A stretch of 64,000 nucleotides of DNA from Mustelus asterias (lineage: Eukaryota), in assembly GCF_964213995.1 (NCBI RefSeq), contig NC_135808.1, positions 50,530,001 through 50,594,000 on the forward strand. Direction: 5' to 3'. Each line of letters starts with the position of its first letter. The stretch's first letter is position 1. A program made the translations under genes and the position numbers. Shown piece by piece: positions 1-10,939 of this stretch. The notes under the pieces were generated by a model. That model was not told the origin of the DNA and did no database searches. It was given only the letters and a program-made list of their open reading frames with translations.

Positions 1-346
1 CTTGTGTGTTTGGAAGGTGCTGTTGAAGGAGACTTGGTGAGTTCCTGCAGTGTATCTTGTAGATGGTACACACGGCTGTCACTGTTCATTGGTGGTGGAG
101 GGTTTGTGGAAGGGGTAACAATCAAGCAGGCTGCTTTGTCCTGATGGTGTCTAGTTTCTTGAATGTTGTTGGAGCTGCATTCATCCAGGCAAGTGGAGAG
201 TATTCCATCACACTTGTGTCTTGTAGATGGTGGACAGGCCTTGGGGGTCAGGAGGTGAGCGTCTCACTGCAGGATTCCTAGTCTCTGACCTGTTCTTGTA
301 GCCACGGTTTTCCTATGGCTCACCCAGTTCAGTATCTGGTCAATGA
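1..346 (-). mobile_element. Non-LTR retrotransposon fragment (CR1/L2 superclade), cut off by the ERV insertion
   Basis: Same sequence family as 27200-28180 and 42165-43135; homology stops where the LTR starts at 347. Confidence 0.7.
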
Positions 347-1022
347 TGAAGTCGGGAATGGGTTAATGAACTTCAATACTCGAAGTGTCACAGTGACCTC
401 TGTGATATTTAGAGCTTGTGTGAGAAATACTGTAGAACTCATGTTTACGTTAGGGCTTCCATGCTCATGTTTCCAGAACAGATAAGAGCACAGCTGTTGT
501 ATGTATTTCTGTTCAAGAATGTGGCTAATCCGCCATTTTGTATTCTTTAATTATGTATTGCTGTGTAACAATGGATGCCTATATCTCTGCCTTTTGTGAC
601 GTATTATGATACCTTCATATATATTCATCATAACCTGTACCGATATACATTATACAAGTACCTACGAACGTATATAAATTGTTGTATGCCAATTAACTTG
701 TTTGTGCAAAGACTGTAACTTTGTACATTAGTAAGATACCCCACCTGTGCTCACAGAGAACAACAACACTCACGGCCTTGGGATAACCGTGAAGAAAACA
801 CCAAGGCAGCAAGGTTCACACAGGAAGATGTGCAACCGCCTGGGAACCTGTGAGCCTGGGAAACTGCGGACTTGCAAGGTGGGGCATAAATGTATGTGTT
901 TAGCCTGTATTTGCTGAGACATCTGAGGCCATGTTAGGCATCGGACGGTCTCCCACAATTGTGCAAATAAACCAATGTATTTTGACCTACGAATAGACTC
1001 AGAGGTATCTTTACCTGCGACG
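347..1022 (+). mobile_element. 5' LTR of an endogenous retrovirus
   Basis: Starts TGAAG; AATAAA near 966; followed directly by a PBS; aligns end to end with the solo LTR at 35867-36818. Confidence 0.85.
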
Positions 1023-1024
1023 AA

Positions 1025-1042
1025 TGGTGCCGAAACCCGGGA
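1025..1042 (+). promoter_or_regulatory. Primer binding site complementary to the tRNA-Phe 3' end
   Basis: TGGTGCCGAAACCCGGGA, the 18-nt reverse complement of ...UCCCGGGUUUCGGCACCA. Confidence 0.9.
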
Positions 1043-1534
1043 CTGTTTATGGGACCAGTCGAATGGCCACGAATGGGAGACCGGAATAGTTACTGAACTT
1101 GATGAAGTGGGTCAAAATACATTGGGTGACCATCTGTGATGAGAGAGTGTCTGAACTGATGAAAGACGTCTGAACTGAGCACATACGGACAAGGAGGCAA
1201 TTGGCTCTGACACCCTGCCGTAAACTGACTGTTAAGAGCAGGAATCTCCCACACTGATGTTCGGATTTGAAATGGGTGTCAGGGTTGCCTGAGGTGTGAT
1301 GTTCAGACGTGAGTGATGAGTGATAGATAGAGACTGTCTGAGTGGTCCCGGAGTGGAAGGAAAAGCCTTCATGTGAAAGCCAGCTGAATAAAAATATTGT
1401 GTAAGTGGTGGTACGGAGGGATCTGATCACCCCTGACAGGTATCACCGAACTCAGATAAGAGAAACCTGGGAGGGAGAGAGCGAGAAAGGAGATGAGAAG
1501 ACTCCAAGGTGGTGAGTATGACCTTATCAATGAT

Positions 1535-3114
1535 ATGGCGGGACAAGGACAGTGGGGCCCGGGGTCCCTGATACCTGAATATATAATTAAGAGGGACAAA
1601 CTCATTAAACAGATGATAAAAGAGGGATCGGATTTAGACCACCCGCTAGACCAATAATGAAAGTGGTTGGAAAAAGAAAAGAAAGATAGAACTAAGAAAA
1701 TTGGGGTTCTCTTAGTTCACCAATTGGCTGGATTAATTGGACAGGTCTCAGTCTCGAGTAAGAAATGGGCTGACGACAAAGCAAAAATTAAAATGTTGGA
1801 AACACGCGATAGCAAATTAGAGAAGCGGAACCAACTTTTAGAGGACCCTGCCGGGGGATTCTTGCTTCCCTATGGGCCGGCCGTACAACCCACGGCACCA
1901 GTGGGAGACCCTGATGAGGAAGAGGTCCATGATCTCGCTCCCATAACTCGGACCGGGACGTTACAGCATCCCACTGCCCGATATAAACCCTTTACCCCAG
2001 GTGAACGACAACAGATTTTTGGCACCCCTGGGAAGGCTCCAGCCCCGGAGTAACAATCGCAAATTTTGGGCAGAACTGGACACCCTTTGGGTTGGACACC
2101 AGTTACATTTGCGGGATATACACCAGTTGGTACGGGCTGTTTGCCCGTGGGATAAGTGGAGACTAATGGGTGACGGTGGGGTCCAGGCTAATGTCGCTGA
2201 CCAAGCTCGGTTGGATTACCGAGGCGGAAGGTGGACGTACGCGACAGAGACAACCGCCGAGATCGAGGCAATGATTGAGCCATTTACTCGGTTTAAGGCG
2301 GAAGTCCAATGAGTCTTGGGTAATGCACCAACCAATTGGTCCAGACTTACCAATATTAAACAACAAAGGGGTGAAGGAGCCTCCGAATTTGGGGAACGAC
2401 TCTGTAGAGTATACCAAGAACGTTCGGGAATACCCGAACAGATAGAGCCTTTTTCCAAGCATTTAAAGATGGGCTATCGCCAGCTCACCAGAAAATCCTT
2501 AAAATGGGAGTTCTCAATACCCAGGCTTATGATAGAAACCCTACAGTGCAGAAGGAGGCCATTCGGCCCATCGAGTCTGCACCGACCACATTCCCACCCA
2601 GGCCCTACCCCCACATATTTTACCCGCTAATCCCTCTAACTACACATCTCAGGGACAATTTTTAACCTGGCCAATCAACCTAACCCGCACATCTTTGGAC
2701 TGTGGGAGGAAACCGGAGCACCCGGAGGAAACCCACGCAGACACGAGGAGAATGTGCAAACTCCACACAGACAGTGACCCGAGCCGGGAATCGAACCCAG
2801 GACCCTGGAGCTGTGAATTAGTAGAATGGGCATCTGGAATTAGAGATGGACCAGATGAGAAACCATACCCACGAATAAAACAGGAAACAGTTAGTGCAAA
2901 CAGTGGAGGGGCTAAACCCAAGGGTGCGTGCTATAATTGTGGGAAACCGGGTCACTTTGCCAGAGGCTGTAGAGCTCCAAAGGGGGGCAGTGGAAAAGCC
3001 CCTACCTGCCTGTTTTGTAATAAGGTTGGCCACACTGAGGCCACCTGTTGGAGCAAGCACGGCAGACCGAGTCAACTGCTTCGCCCTCCCCTCATTGACG
3101 AGGGAGGGAATTGA
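1535..3114 (+). pseudogene. gag: Retroviral gag, disrupted by stops, frameshifts and a SINE; two CCHC zinc knuckles
   Basis: MHR-like IKQQRGEGASEFGERL; CYNCGKPGHFARGC and CLFCNKVGHTEATC; lies after the PBS. Confidence 0.85.
2533..2816 (-). mobile_element. HE1-type V-SINE inserted in gag
   Basis: Reverse complement of the SINE core GGGTTTCCTCCGGGTGCTCCGGTTTCCTCCCACAGTCC plus CR1-like tail. Confidence 0.9.
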
Positions 3115-5690
3115 CGGGAGGCAGCCCCCACAAGCCTGGGCACAAAAGAGGGTAGAATCTACGTGTCTGCACTAGTAGGGGGAAGGCAATGTGAAATGCT
3201 GGTGGACACGGGAGCCTCCATATCTATCACTGATCTACCCTTGCCCACCACCAATAAAATGATCTATATAAGGGGTGTTAACGGACAGAAGACCCCTGCC
3301 TACTTAAGTGAAACCACCCTAGTAGAAATTAATAACCTGTATATACCTATGCGATTTTACGTATGTAGAAATAATGAAGGAACTATTAAGGGAAATGACC
3401 TAATGAAGGAATACAAAGTCTGAATAGATTAAGGGAAAGGTGAATTGATTTGGCCCCGCCCCGATGGGAGAAAAGACAGGGTCGGAACATATGTAAACCA
3501 TTTAGGGACCATCCATGCAGCATCTGCAATGGGACACGACTGGCGGTTAGAAGGTACTGGATTTGGCGCCATCTGCGCCTCCGTCCCCCGGCGTGTGGGC
3601 GGAAACGAAACTGGATACTGGATTCGTCAAAATTGACCCTATAATAGTGGTAGGGCCAGAACATAAACCACATCGGCAAAACCCGATTAAGCCCAAAGCC
3701 AAAAAGGCAGTGGAGGAAATTGCGACGGGATTGGTAAAGAGAGGGATCCTACGGGAAACCACTCGTACCACCAACTCCCCCACCTGGCCGGTGTCTAAAC
3801 CGGACGGGAGCTATAGATTAACCATTGATTATACAGCTTCAAATAAAGTGACCCCCAAGCTACACCCCATCGTGGCCTCGCCCCTCCACCATTTTAAACG
3901 GGTTGTCACCATCCCATGGAATCTTCACGGGATTGGATATCGCCAACGGTTTGTCGTCCATTCCCCTGGACCCTAATTCGCAAGATAAATTTGCATTTAC
4001 CGTGGGCGATAAGCAGTGCACATGGACTAGGCTCCCGCAAGGCTTCCATAACAGCCCGGCTATATTTCACCGGGTAATGAGTAAGATATTAGAACAGGTG
4101 GAAGTCCCAAAAGGGAGCACAATTCTGCAGTATGTAGATGATATCTTAATAGCCTCCGAAACTAGAGCAGAACATCAGACGGTGCTATACTCAGTCTTGA
4201 AACACTTAGAAGAACAGGGACTAAAGGCGAGCCCCAGGAAAGCCCAAATAGGGAAAGAGCAGGTGTTATATTTGGGAAGATTAAATGATAAAGTGCGAGC
4301 CCCGGAATGTATCCAGCATACTCTGATGCGGTTACATCATGGGCTGTCACATGTGGGGAGGGATGCCACGGTGACCAGTGTGGGGAAGGAATGGTGGTGG
4401 AAAGGAATGGGACGGGACATTGCCCGATATTGTCACCGGTGCATAACCTGTGCACAGTATAACCCTGGAAGACCCGTAAAAATCAAGATGGGGCACCAGC
4501 CTCGCCCTCAGGGTCCCTGGGAACACCTGCAAGTTGACTTTACAGGACCTCTCCCGCAGTCACACGGGAGAACCTGCTGCTTGGTAATTATTGACCAATT
4601 CACCAGATGGGTAGAAGCATTCCCGATGAAAAATTGTACTGCCACTACAGTGGCCAGAATACTAGCTGAGGAAGTTATCCCAAGATGGGGGGTGCCTTTG
4701 CAAATAGACTCCGATCAAGGCACGCACTTTACGGGGAAGGTTGTAAAAACCACATGTCAACTGATGGGGATAAGACAGATATTTCACATACCCTACCACC
4801 CTCAAAGCTCGGGGATGGTGGAACGTATGAATAGGACACTTACGATCTCCTAGGCAAAGGCCATGCAGGAATCAGGAAAGAGATGGACAGAAGTATTACC
4901 CGCCATATTAACGGAACTCAGAGCCACCACAAATCAGACCACTGGGCTGATACCATATGAGCTAATGACCGGAAGGGCTATGCAACTGCCCGAGTCCATC
5001 ATTACCGGAGGGACAGATGTAGGCCCATTACGGGACAAGATTAGACGATATGTGTTAGAATTAGGGCAGCACGGTAGCACAGTGGTTAGCACTGCTGCTT
5101 CACAGCTCCAGGGTCCCGGGTTCGATTCCCGGCTCGGGTCACTGTCTGTGTGGAGTTTGCACATTCTCCTCGTATCTGCGTGGGTTTCCTCCGGGTGCTC
5201 CGGTTTCCTCCCACAGTCCAAAGATGTGCGGGTTAGGTTGATTGGCCAGATTTTTTAAAAATTGCCCCTTAGAGTCCTGGGATGCGTAGGTTAGAGGGAT
5301 TAGCGGGTAAAATATGTGGGGGTAGGGCCTGGGTGGGATTGTGGTCGGTGCAGACTCGATGGGCCGAATGGCCTCCTTCTGCACTGTAGGGTTTCTATGA
5401 TAATTAAGCTCCCAATTAATAGATATGCGGAAAAAAGTACGGGGCAAACAAATAGCGGTAGATGAGTACAATGAACTAGAACAGACCCCGGAGATACCCC
5501 CGGCGGGCAGCAAGGTTACGGTAAAAACCTTACCCGAAAAACCTGGATTCGCCCCCGAAGGGAAAGCCCCTATGAGGTTATCATTAGTGGAGACACCTGT
5601 GCCTGTATAGATATGCAAGGCAGAGGCGTCTGGAAACACTGGACCCAGTTGAAAGAATACACTGGCACCAATCGGAAAACATGTAATGGA
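3115..5690 (+). pseudogene. pol: Retroviral pro-pol (protease, RT, integrase); frameshifted, RNase H region missing
   Basis: LVDTGAS protease; LPQGFHNSP and QYVDD RT motifs; HHCC, LQVDF, DSDQG and YHPQSSGMVE integrase motifs. Confidence 0.92.
5064..5401 (+). mobile_element. Full-length HE1-type V-SINE with AATTA target-site duplication, inside the integrase tail
   Basis: tRNA-like A/B-box head, V core, CR1 tail; AATTA at 5059-5063 and 5402-5406. Confidence 0.92.
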
Positions 5691-7911
5691 CAACAAAACA
5701 GTTAAGAGGGGAGTAAAGGGTTAAACACCAGCAGGCTGAGAGTTTCTCTCTCTCTCTCTCTCTTGACAAGGGAAAGAGAGAGAGAGAGAGGGGTGAAAGT
5801 GTGCGATCGAGAGCCACATGCGGTGGAAGAGGGTATCGCAGATCAATGTTTAATAAACTATTCTCCCCAGTTGAAATTTTACAGGCGTGCATTACATTAC
5901 AGCTGAAGAGTTGTAAGGAGAGTTAACCATTTAAGAGAAATAATTAATTATGTGCTCATCTTGAGCTTAAACCGGAGAGTCTGTGAGAAAGTGTAAACGT
6001 CTTAATAAGTAGAGATATTTAAAAAGTGACAAAAATAAATGGATTGTTTGGATCAGGCTTTTGTTATAAAATGTACTCTTGATAGAATTGACAATGAAAA
6101 GATAAATGGAAAGAATTATTCCTGCGTATTTGAAGTGATGATTAATCACTTGTTTATGTTCAGCTGAGTGAACTTACCCCTCCGGCTCTCTGCTGAAACG
6201 AGCAGAGAACTAATCCATCCTTTCCGCCACAGGAAATTCATGTTATAAGACTTGGAGTAATCTTAAGATATAGAGTCAAAACTTAAGAGAGAAGGGAGTT
6301 ACAGAAGGTAGAATGGGAGTGTGTGTGTGTAATGCTGGGAATCATTATACGGCCATAATGCATTCTAATTAAAATGTGTTACACGGATCAACCATGAAAC
6401 TGTATTAAATGCCAGACAGGCTAAAAGAGAGTGCCCGCCTATAATACCAAATTGGCAAATCCATATAATTGAGATAAGAAAATGCTGGGAAAGTGTTTGT
6501 TACAAACTGTTCGAAATTAAAGTGATAAGATTTCTTGAATTTACTTCTGTTTTGAGTTGAATTACAGTTTGGAAAACAGCAGAATAAAAGCGACTGTTAG
6601 TCAACGTTCAGTTTTCTTCAATGTTTTATTTTCATCCCAGTTTAAGATGTTAAGTCTGAATAAAGGTTGGAAGCTTCCATGTGTATCTGTGTGTTTAACA
6701 ACGTGATTGCGTGAATGTTTTGTTGGTGTTCGCTTGAATGTTTTAATGTTGAGAAAGGAGTTAAACCTTGGAAGGACCATGTGCTCTTTCCTTGTCTTGA
6801 AGTTGAAATTATAAGAGTGTAGTTGAGAAGTTAAAAGAAAGGCAATTTTGTGAAAACAAAGAAAAGCAGGAACAAAAGAATAAGATGAATATACTGTCTC
6901 TGAGTCAGTTTAAAGTGTATCAAATTAGTGAAATGAATCGTAGTTCTGATTACCCCAAGTTACAGCAGGAGATTAAACTCATTTGTTAATACAAATAAAG
7001 ATGTTGTCCTTGAGTATTTTTAAACACCATGAATTGTTGGAACTTGTGTTACCAGTTAGTTATTTTTAAATAAAATGATAATAATATGAAATTTGTGATG
7101 TTCCGATAACATGCAACAAATTACATCATTTAAACCATCTCACATTGATGATAGTTCTGTAAAATTAGATACTGCCGTTGGAATTGCGTGTGCCATCTAT
7201 TGTTCAAGGTTTTCCAGATGTAAAAACACTGCAAAGCTTAAAACCTAGCCAGCTAGGAATCAAACCAAAACATTTCTAATCAAGTAACAATTGTTATTGT
7301 TATATGTATTGTGCTTGTTATTGTTCTAAAATGCAGGGATTCCGATCTGGAGCAGCTTAAAAATAAAAACGACTTAAATTAAGAGGGTTTTGATATACCC
7401 GAGAGAATCAAATCCTGGAGAGCCTTAACCAATTTTATATGTTGATATATATTGTGTATTGATACAACATAATTCTGTGGAAGAAAAGGCTATTTATTCC
7501 AAACATTTAACCATAATTTGTCATAATTTGTAATAACTTGCACAACTAACATTAACATGACAGGAAGTGAAACCGGATGACTTGAGAGAGAGAGAGAGAG
7601 AAAGAGTTGGTGACTGGCCTTACCGCCAGACTCAAAAATCTTGCAGCATTCGACTGGACACAACAGATAGCTCATTCGGTTATCTGTGTTTTTAAAGAGC
7701 TGTGTCTGGCTCAGTGACCACGTAACACTGTTGTTTACCTTATGAGACAATCTGTCTATAGAGGGATCATTTCTGCTCAAACAAATGATCATATTAGATA
7801 TAATGTAAGATACATCATACAAAGATCGGAGCTATATAGTATATGATTTTAAGTACACTAAGCTTTCTATGCAAGGGGGGTATGTAGTTAAATGTATAAT
7901 GCACTGGCTTT

Positions 7912-8345
7912 TGTGGCCAAAGGTATTGCCCACCATACTAATGAGATTAAGGGTTTCCACAAACCGAACAACCGGATTAACCCCTTATGAGCTAATGACT
8001 GGACGGGCGATGCAATTACTAGAAAGCATTATAACAGGTGGGACCGATGTAGGTCCACTAAAAGATAAAATCAGGAGATATGTTTTGGAACTAAGCACCC
8101 AACTAAAAGGGATGCGTAAATTGGTAAAAGACAATTAGGAGATAAGAGACACACAGAGAGAGAGCTTGAAATGCTCCCTGACATCCCAACAGCGGGACGT
8201 CCGAGTGAAAACACTACCTGACAAATCAGGGTTTGTACTAAAATGGGATGGGCCGTATGAAGTTATAATTAGTGAAGATACCTGTGCCTGCATAGACATA
8301 AGGGGGAAAGGTCATTAAACTCAGTTGAAAGAATATGCTGAAACT
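7912..8345 (+). pseudogene. pol: Second, diverged copy of the integrase C-terminus
   Basis: WPKVLPTILMRLRVSTNRTTGLTPYELMTGRAMQ... paralogous to 4863-5690; KWDGPYEV (GPY/F-like) motif. Confidence 0.85.
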
Positions 8346-8498
8346 AATTGGGAAATTATGTGATATCCTCCCATTGCAGGAATGTACAGACAATGACCAA
8401 CCTCCAAGCAAGCTGAACGGGTGCGCGGTGTTTCGCGCGGGCGGTATAGCCTTTGGACCGTTGTATAACGGTCGCGCAGGTTATTAGTAAGTGATAAG

Positions 8499-8795
8499 AT
8501 GCTTTTCATGCTACTTCTCACGACCCTGGCCCTGTTAGCTATAGTGGGAAAATATAGATGGAATTATGAGAATTTGGGGATTTGACACAGTGAACATCTC
8601 TGTGACGATGACTCTGTCTATTGTATGAACACCTCTGTGTATATGTCTTATCTGTGTGCATCACAATTGAATTTGAGCAAGTGCTGGGTCTGTTCACACA
8701 TTCCCACGCACGGAGGAAAGGGAGGAATTCCTTTATTCCCTATCCCTTTATCAGCTCCAGATACACAATATCGGGACCTCTCAGGCCAGTTTTGA
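8499..8795 (+). pseudogene. env: Truncated gamma-type env (signal peptide plus SU N-terminus)
   Basis: MLFMLLLTTLALLAIVG, one in-frame TGA at 8583, then in the same frame NLSKCWVCSHIP...GIPLFPIPLS (CWVC at 8682-8693); directly after pol. Confidence 0.7.
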
Positions 8796-9127
8796 CGTTA
8801 TCAGTAAAAACAGAACTGTTATACATTTTCTCAATCTGATTCTCCGCCTTACATTAGTTTAAAATTAATTTCATTTAATGTCCATATGTTAACATAAATT
8901 ATTGCCAAATACCTCAGTCAACCACTTAGTACTTTCCAGCATGATGGTTTCTCATTCGTCCATTACAACAGGACATTACTCACTTCTTGACTAAAGCTAT
9001 TTCCCTGTTGCCTGGATGCGGTAGATGCTACCGTAAGGATCAAAGTGGAGGTTCCTACCAGCTCACTGCCAAGCTGAATAGACATGTGTTGCTGTATCCA
9101 GGGTCATGTCTATTCAATGTATGTATT

Positions 9128-9450
9128 GGGCGGCACGGTAGCACAGTGGTTAGCACTGCTGCTTCACAGTTCCAGGGACCTGGGTGCGATTCCCGGCTTG
9201 GGTCACTGCCTGTGTGGAGTTTGCACATTCTCCTCGTGTCTGCGTGGTTTTCCTCCGGGTGCTCCGGTTTCCTCCCACAGTACAAAGATGTGTGGGTTAG
9301 GTTGATTGGCCATGCTAAAATTGCCCCTTAGAGTCCTCGGTAGGTTAGAGGGATTAGTGGGTGGATATGGGGGTAGGGCCTGGGTGGGATTGTGTTTGGT
9401 GCAGACCTGATGGGCCGAATGGCCTCTTTCTCCACTGTAGGGTTTCTATG
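9128..9450 (+). mobile_element. HE1-type V-SINE
   Basis: Near-identical to 5064-5401. Confidence 0.9.
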
Positions 9451-9907
9451 TCTGGGCCGTGAATTGATTGAAACATTATGTTGCACAATGTGTTCCCTCA
9501 TCGGGATCTCCCAGATATGAGTTTGCAAACTAATGGGTTCCAGGCCTTTGGCTCGAAACATTTTACCTTTCCCACCATGCCTTTCAGTACCTTGCATTGG
9601 CCAAAGTGTACAATCACAGTAGAATACTTGAAATACATTTAGAATATCAACTTCTATGTCTTAAAATCATAGTTGTTTTAATTCTCTTACTGTGCTCACA
9701 TGTGGGTACGTTATCATTTAACTCCTTAATGTTCACTCTGCCAGTGCTTGTACTCTCTCTAAAAATGAAGAGAAATATAAAATAATCCCTTTCATCTCCC
9801 CATGGGGCTCGGTCTCAGATTGTTCTTGTGAAGCACGTTGTATTATATTGGCAGTTGTGTGTGTGGTGTGTGTGTGATGCCTCCCATGGTTGATGAGCTG
9901 GGAATTA

Positions 9908-10137
9908 TGTGTGTGTGTGTGTGTTTTCGTGTGTGTGTGTGTGTTTTCGTGTGTGTGTGTGTTTTCGTGTGTGTGTGTGTTTTCGTGTGTGTGTGTTTTT
10001 GTGTGTGTGTGTTTTCGTGTGTGTGTGTTTTCGTGTGTGTGTGTTTTTGTGTGTGTGTGTTTTCGTGTGTGTGTGTTTTCGTGTGTGTGTGTTTTCGTGT
10101 GTGTGCGTGTGTTTTCGCGTGTGTGTGTGTGTGTGTG
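9908..10137. repeat. Compound (GT)n/TTTTC microsatellite
   Basis: Tandem GTGTGTGTGTGTTTTC units. Confidence 0.95.
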
Positions 10138-10419
10138 ATGCTACCTGTTGTTGATGAGCTGGGAGTTGTGTGTGTTTGTGATGCCTCCTACGATCGATGA
10201 GCTAGGAATTGTGTGTGTGTGTGTGTGTGTGGTGCCTCCTGTGATTGATGAGGCAAATGCTTTAGGGGGTAAGGGGGGGTAAGATGGCACGGGGGTGGGT
10301 GAGGGTTTGGATGCGTTGTGGCTTGAGGTGAGTTTGAGATTGGGGGATATTCTGAAGGGCTGGTCAGGTCACGGGGTGGTTGGTGTTTTTTGGTGCTGCC
10401 AATCGAGTCAGGGCGGTAT

Positions 10420-10660
10420 TCAGGAAGGTGAGATATCAGAAGGACATATTTTACACAGAGGGTGGTGGGGGCCTGGAATGCGCTGCCAGGCAAGGTGGTG
10501 GAGGCGGACACACTGGGAACATTTAAGACTTATCTAGATAGCCACATGAACGGAGTGTAAATGGAGGGATACCAAAGAATGGTCTAGTTTGGACCAGGGA
10601 GCGGCACAGGCTTGGAGGGCCGAAGGGCCTGTTCCTGTGCTGTATTGTTCTTTGTTCTTT
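10420..10660 (+). mobile_element. CR1 LINE 3' end
   Basis: FTQRVVGAWNALP-coding end and GTATTGTTCTTTGTTCTTTG tail; matches 34520-34760. Confidence 0.85.
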
Positions 10661-10939
10661 GTGAGGGGGTCAGACAGGTGCCCTTTGGAGTCAGGGGACA
10701 TGTTTCAGTTTTACACTGACCCCGGTGTTGGAACTGCTCTGAATCGTTCTAACTTTTCCTGGGTAACTATTCTGGGCAGGGAGTCAGAAACATCTGAATT
10801 CTCCAGATTTCAGTCCGAGATTCAGAGGGTTCCAGACTCAGGGGAATTCCCCATATAGATCCGGGATACGACCATCCGGAGATTGGAAGTTCTGGGTCAG
10901 GAGCTCAGACCAACCAAAGATGAGATAAAGAGGTGGACA

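Noticed and set aside
5064-5140. tRNA genes at SINE heads
   Set aside because: These are tRNA-derived heads of HE1 SINEs, continuous with the SINE core and tail
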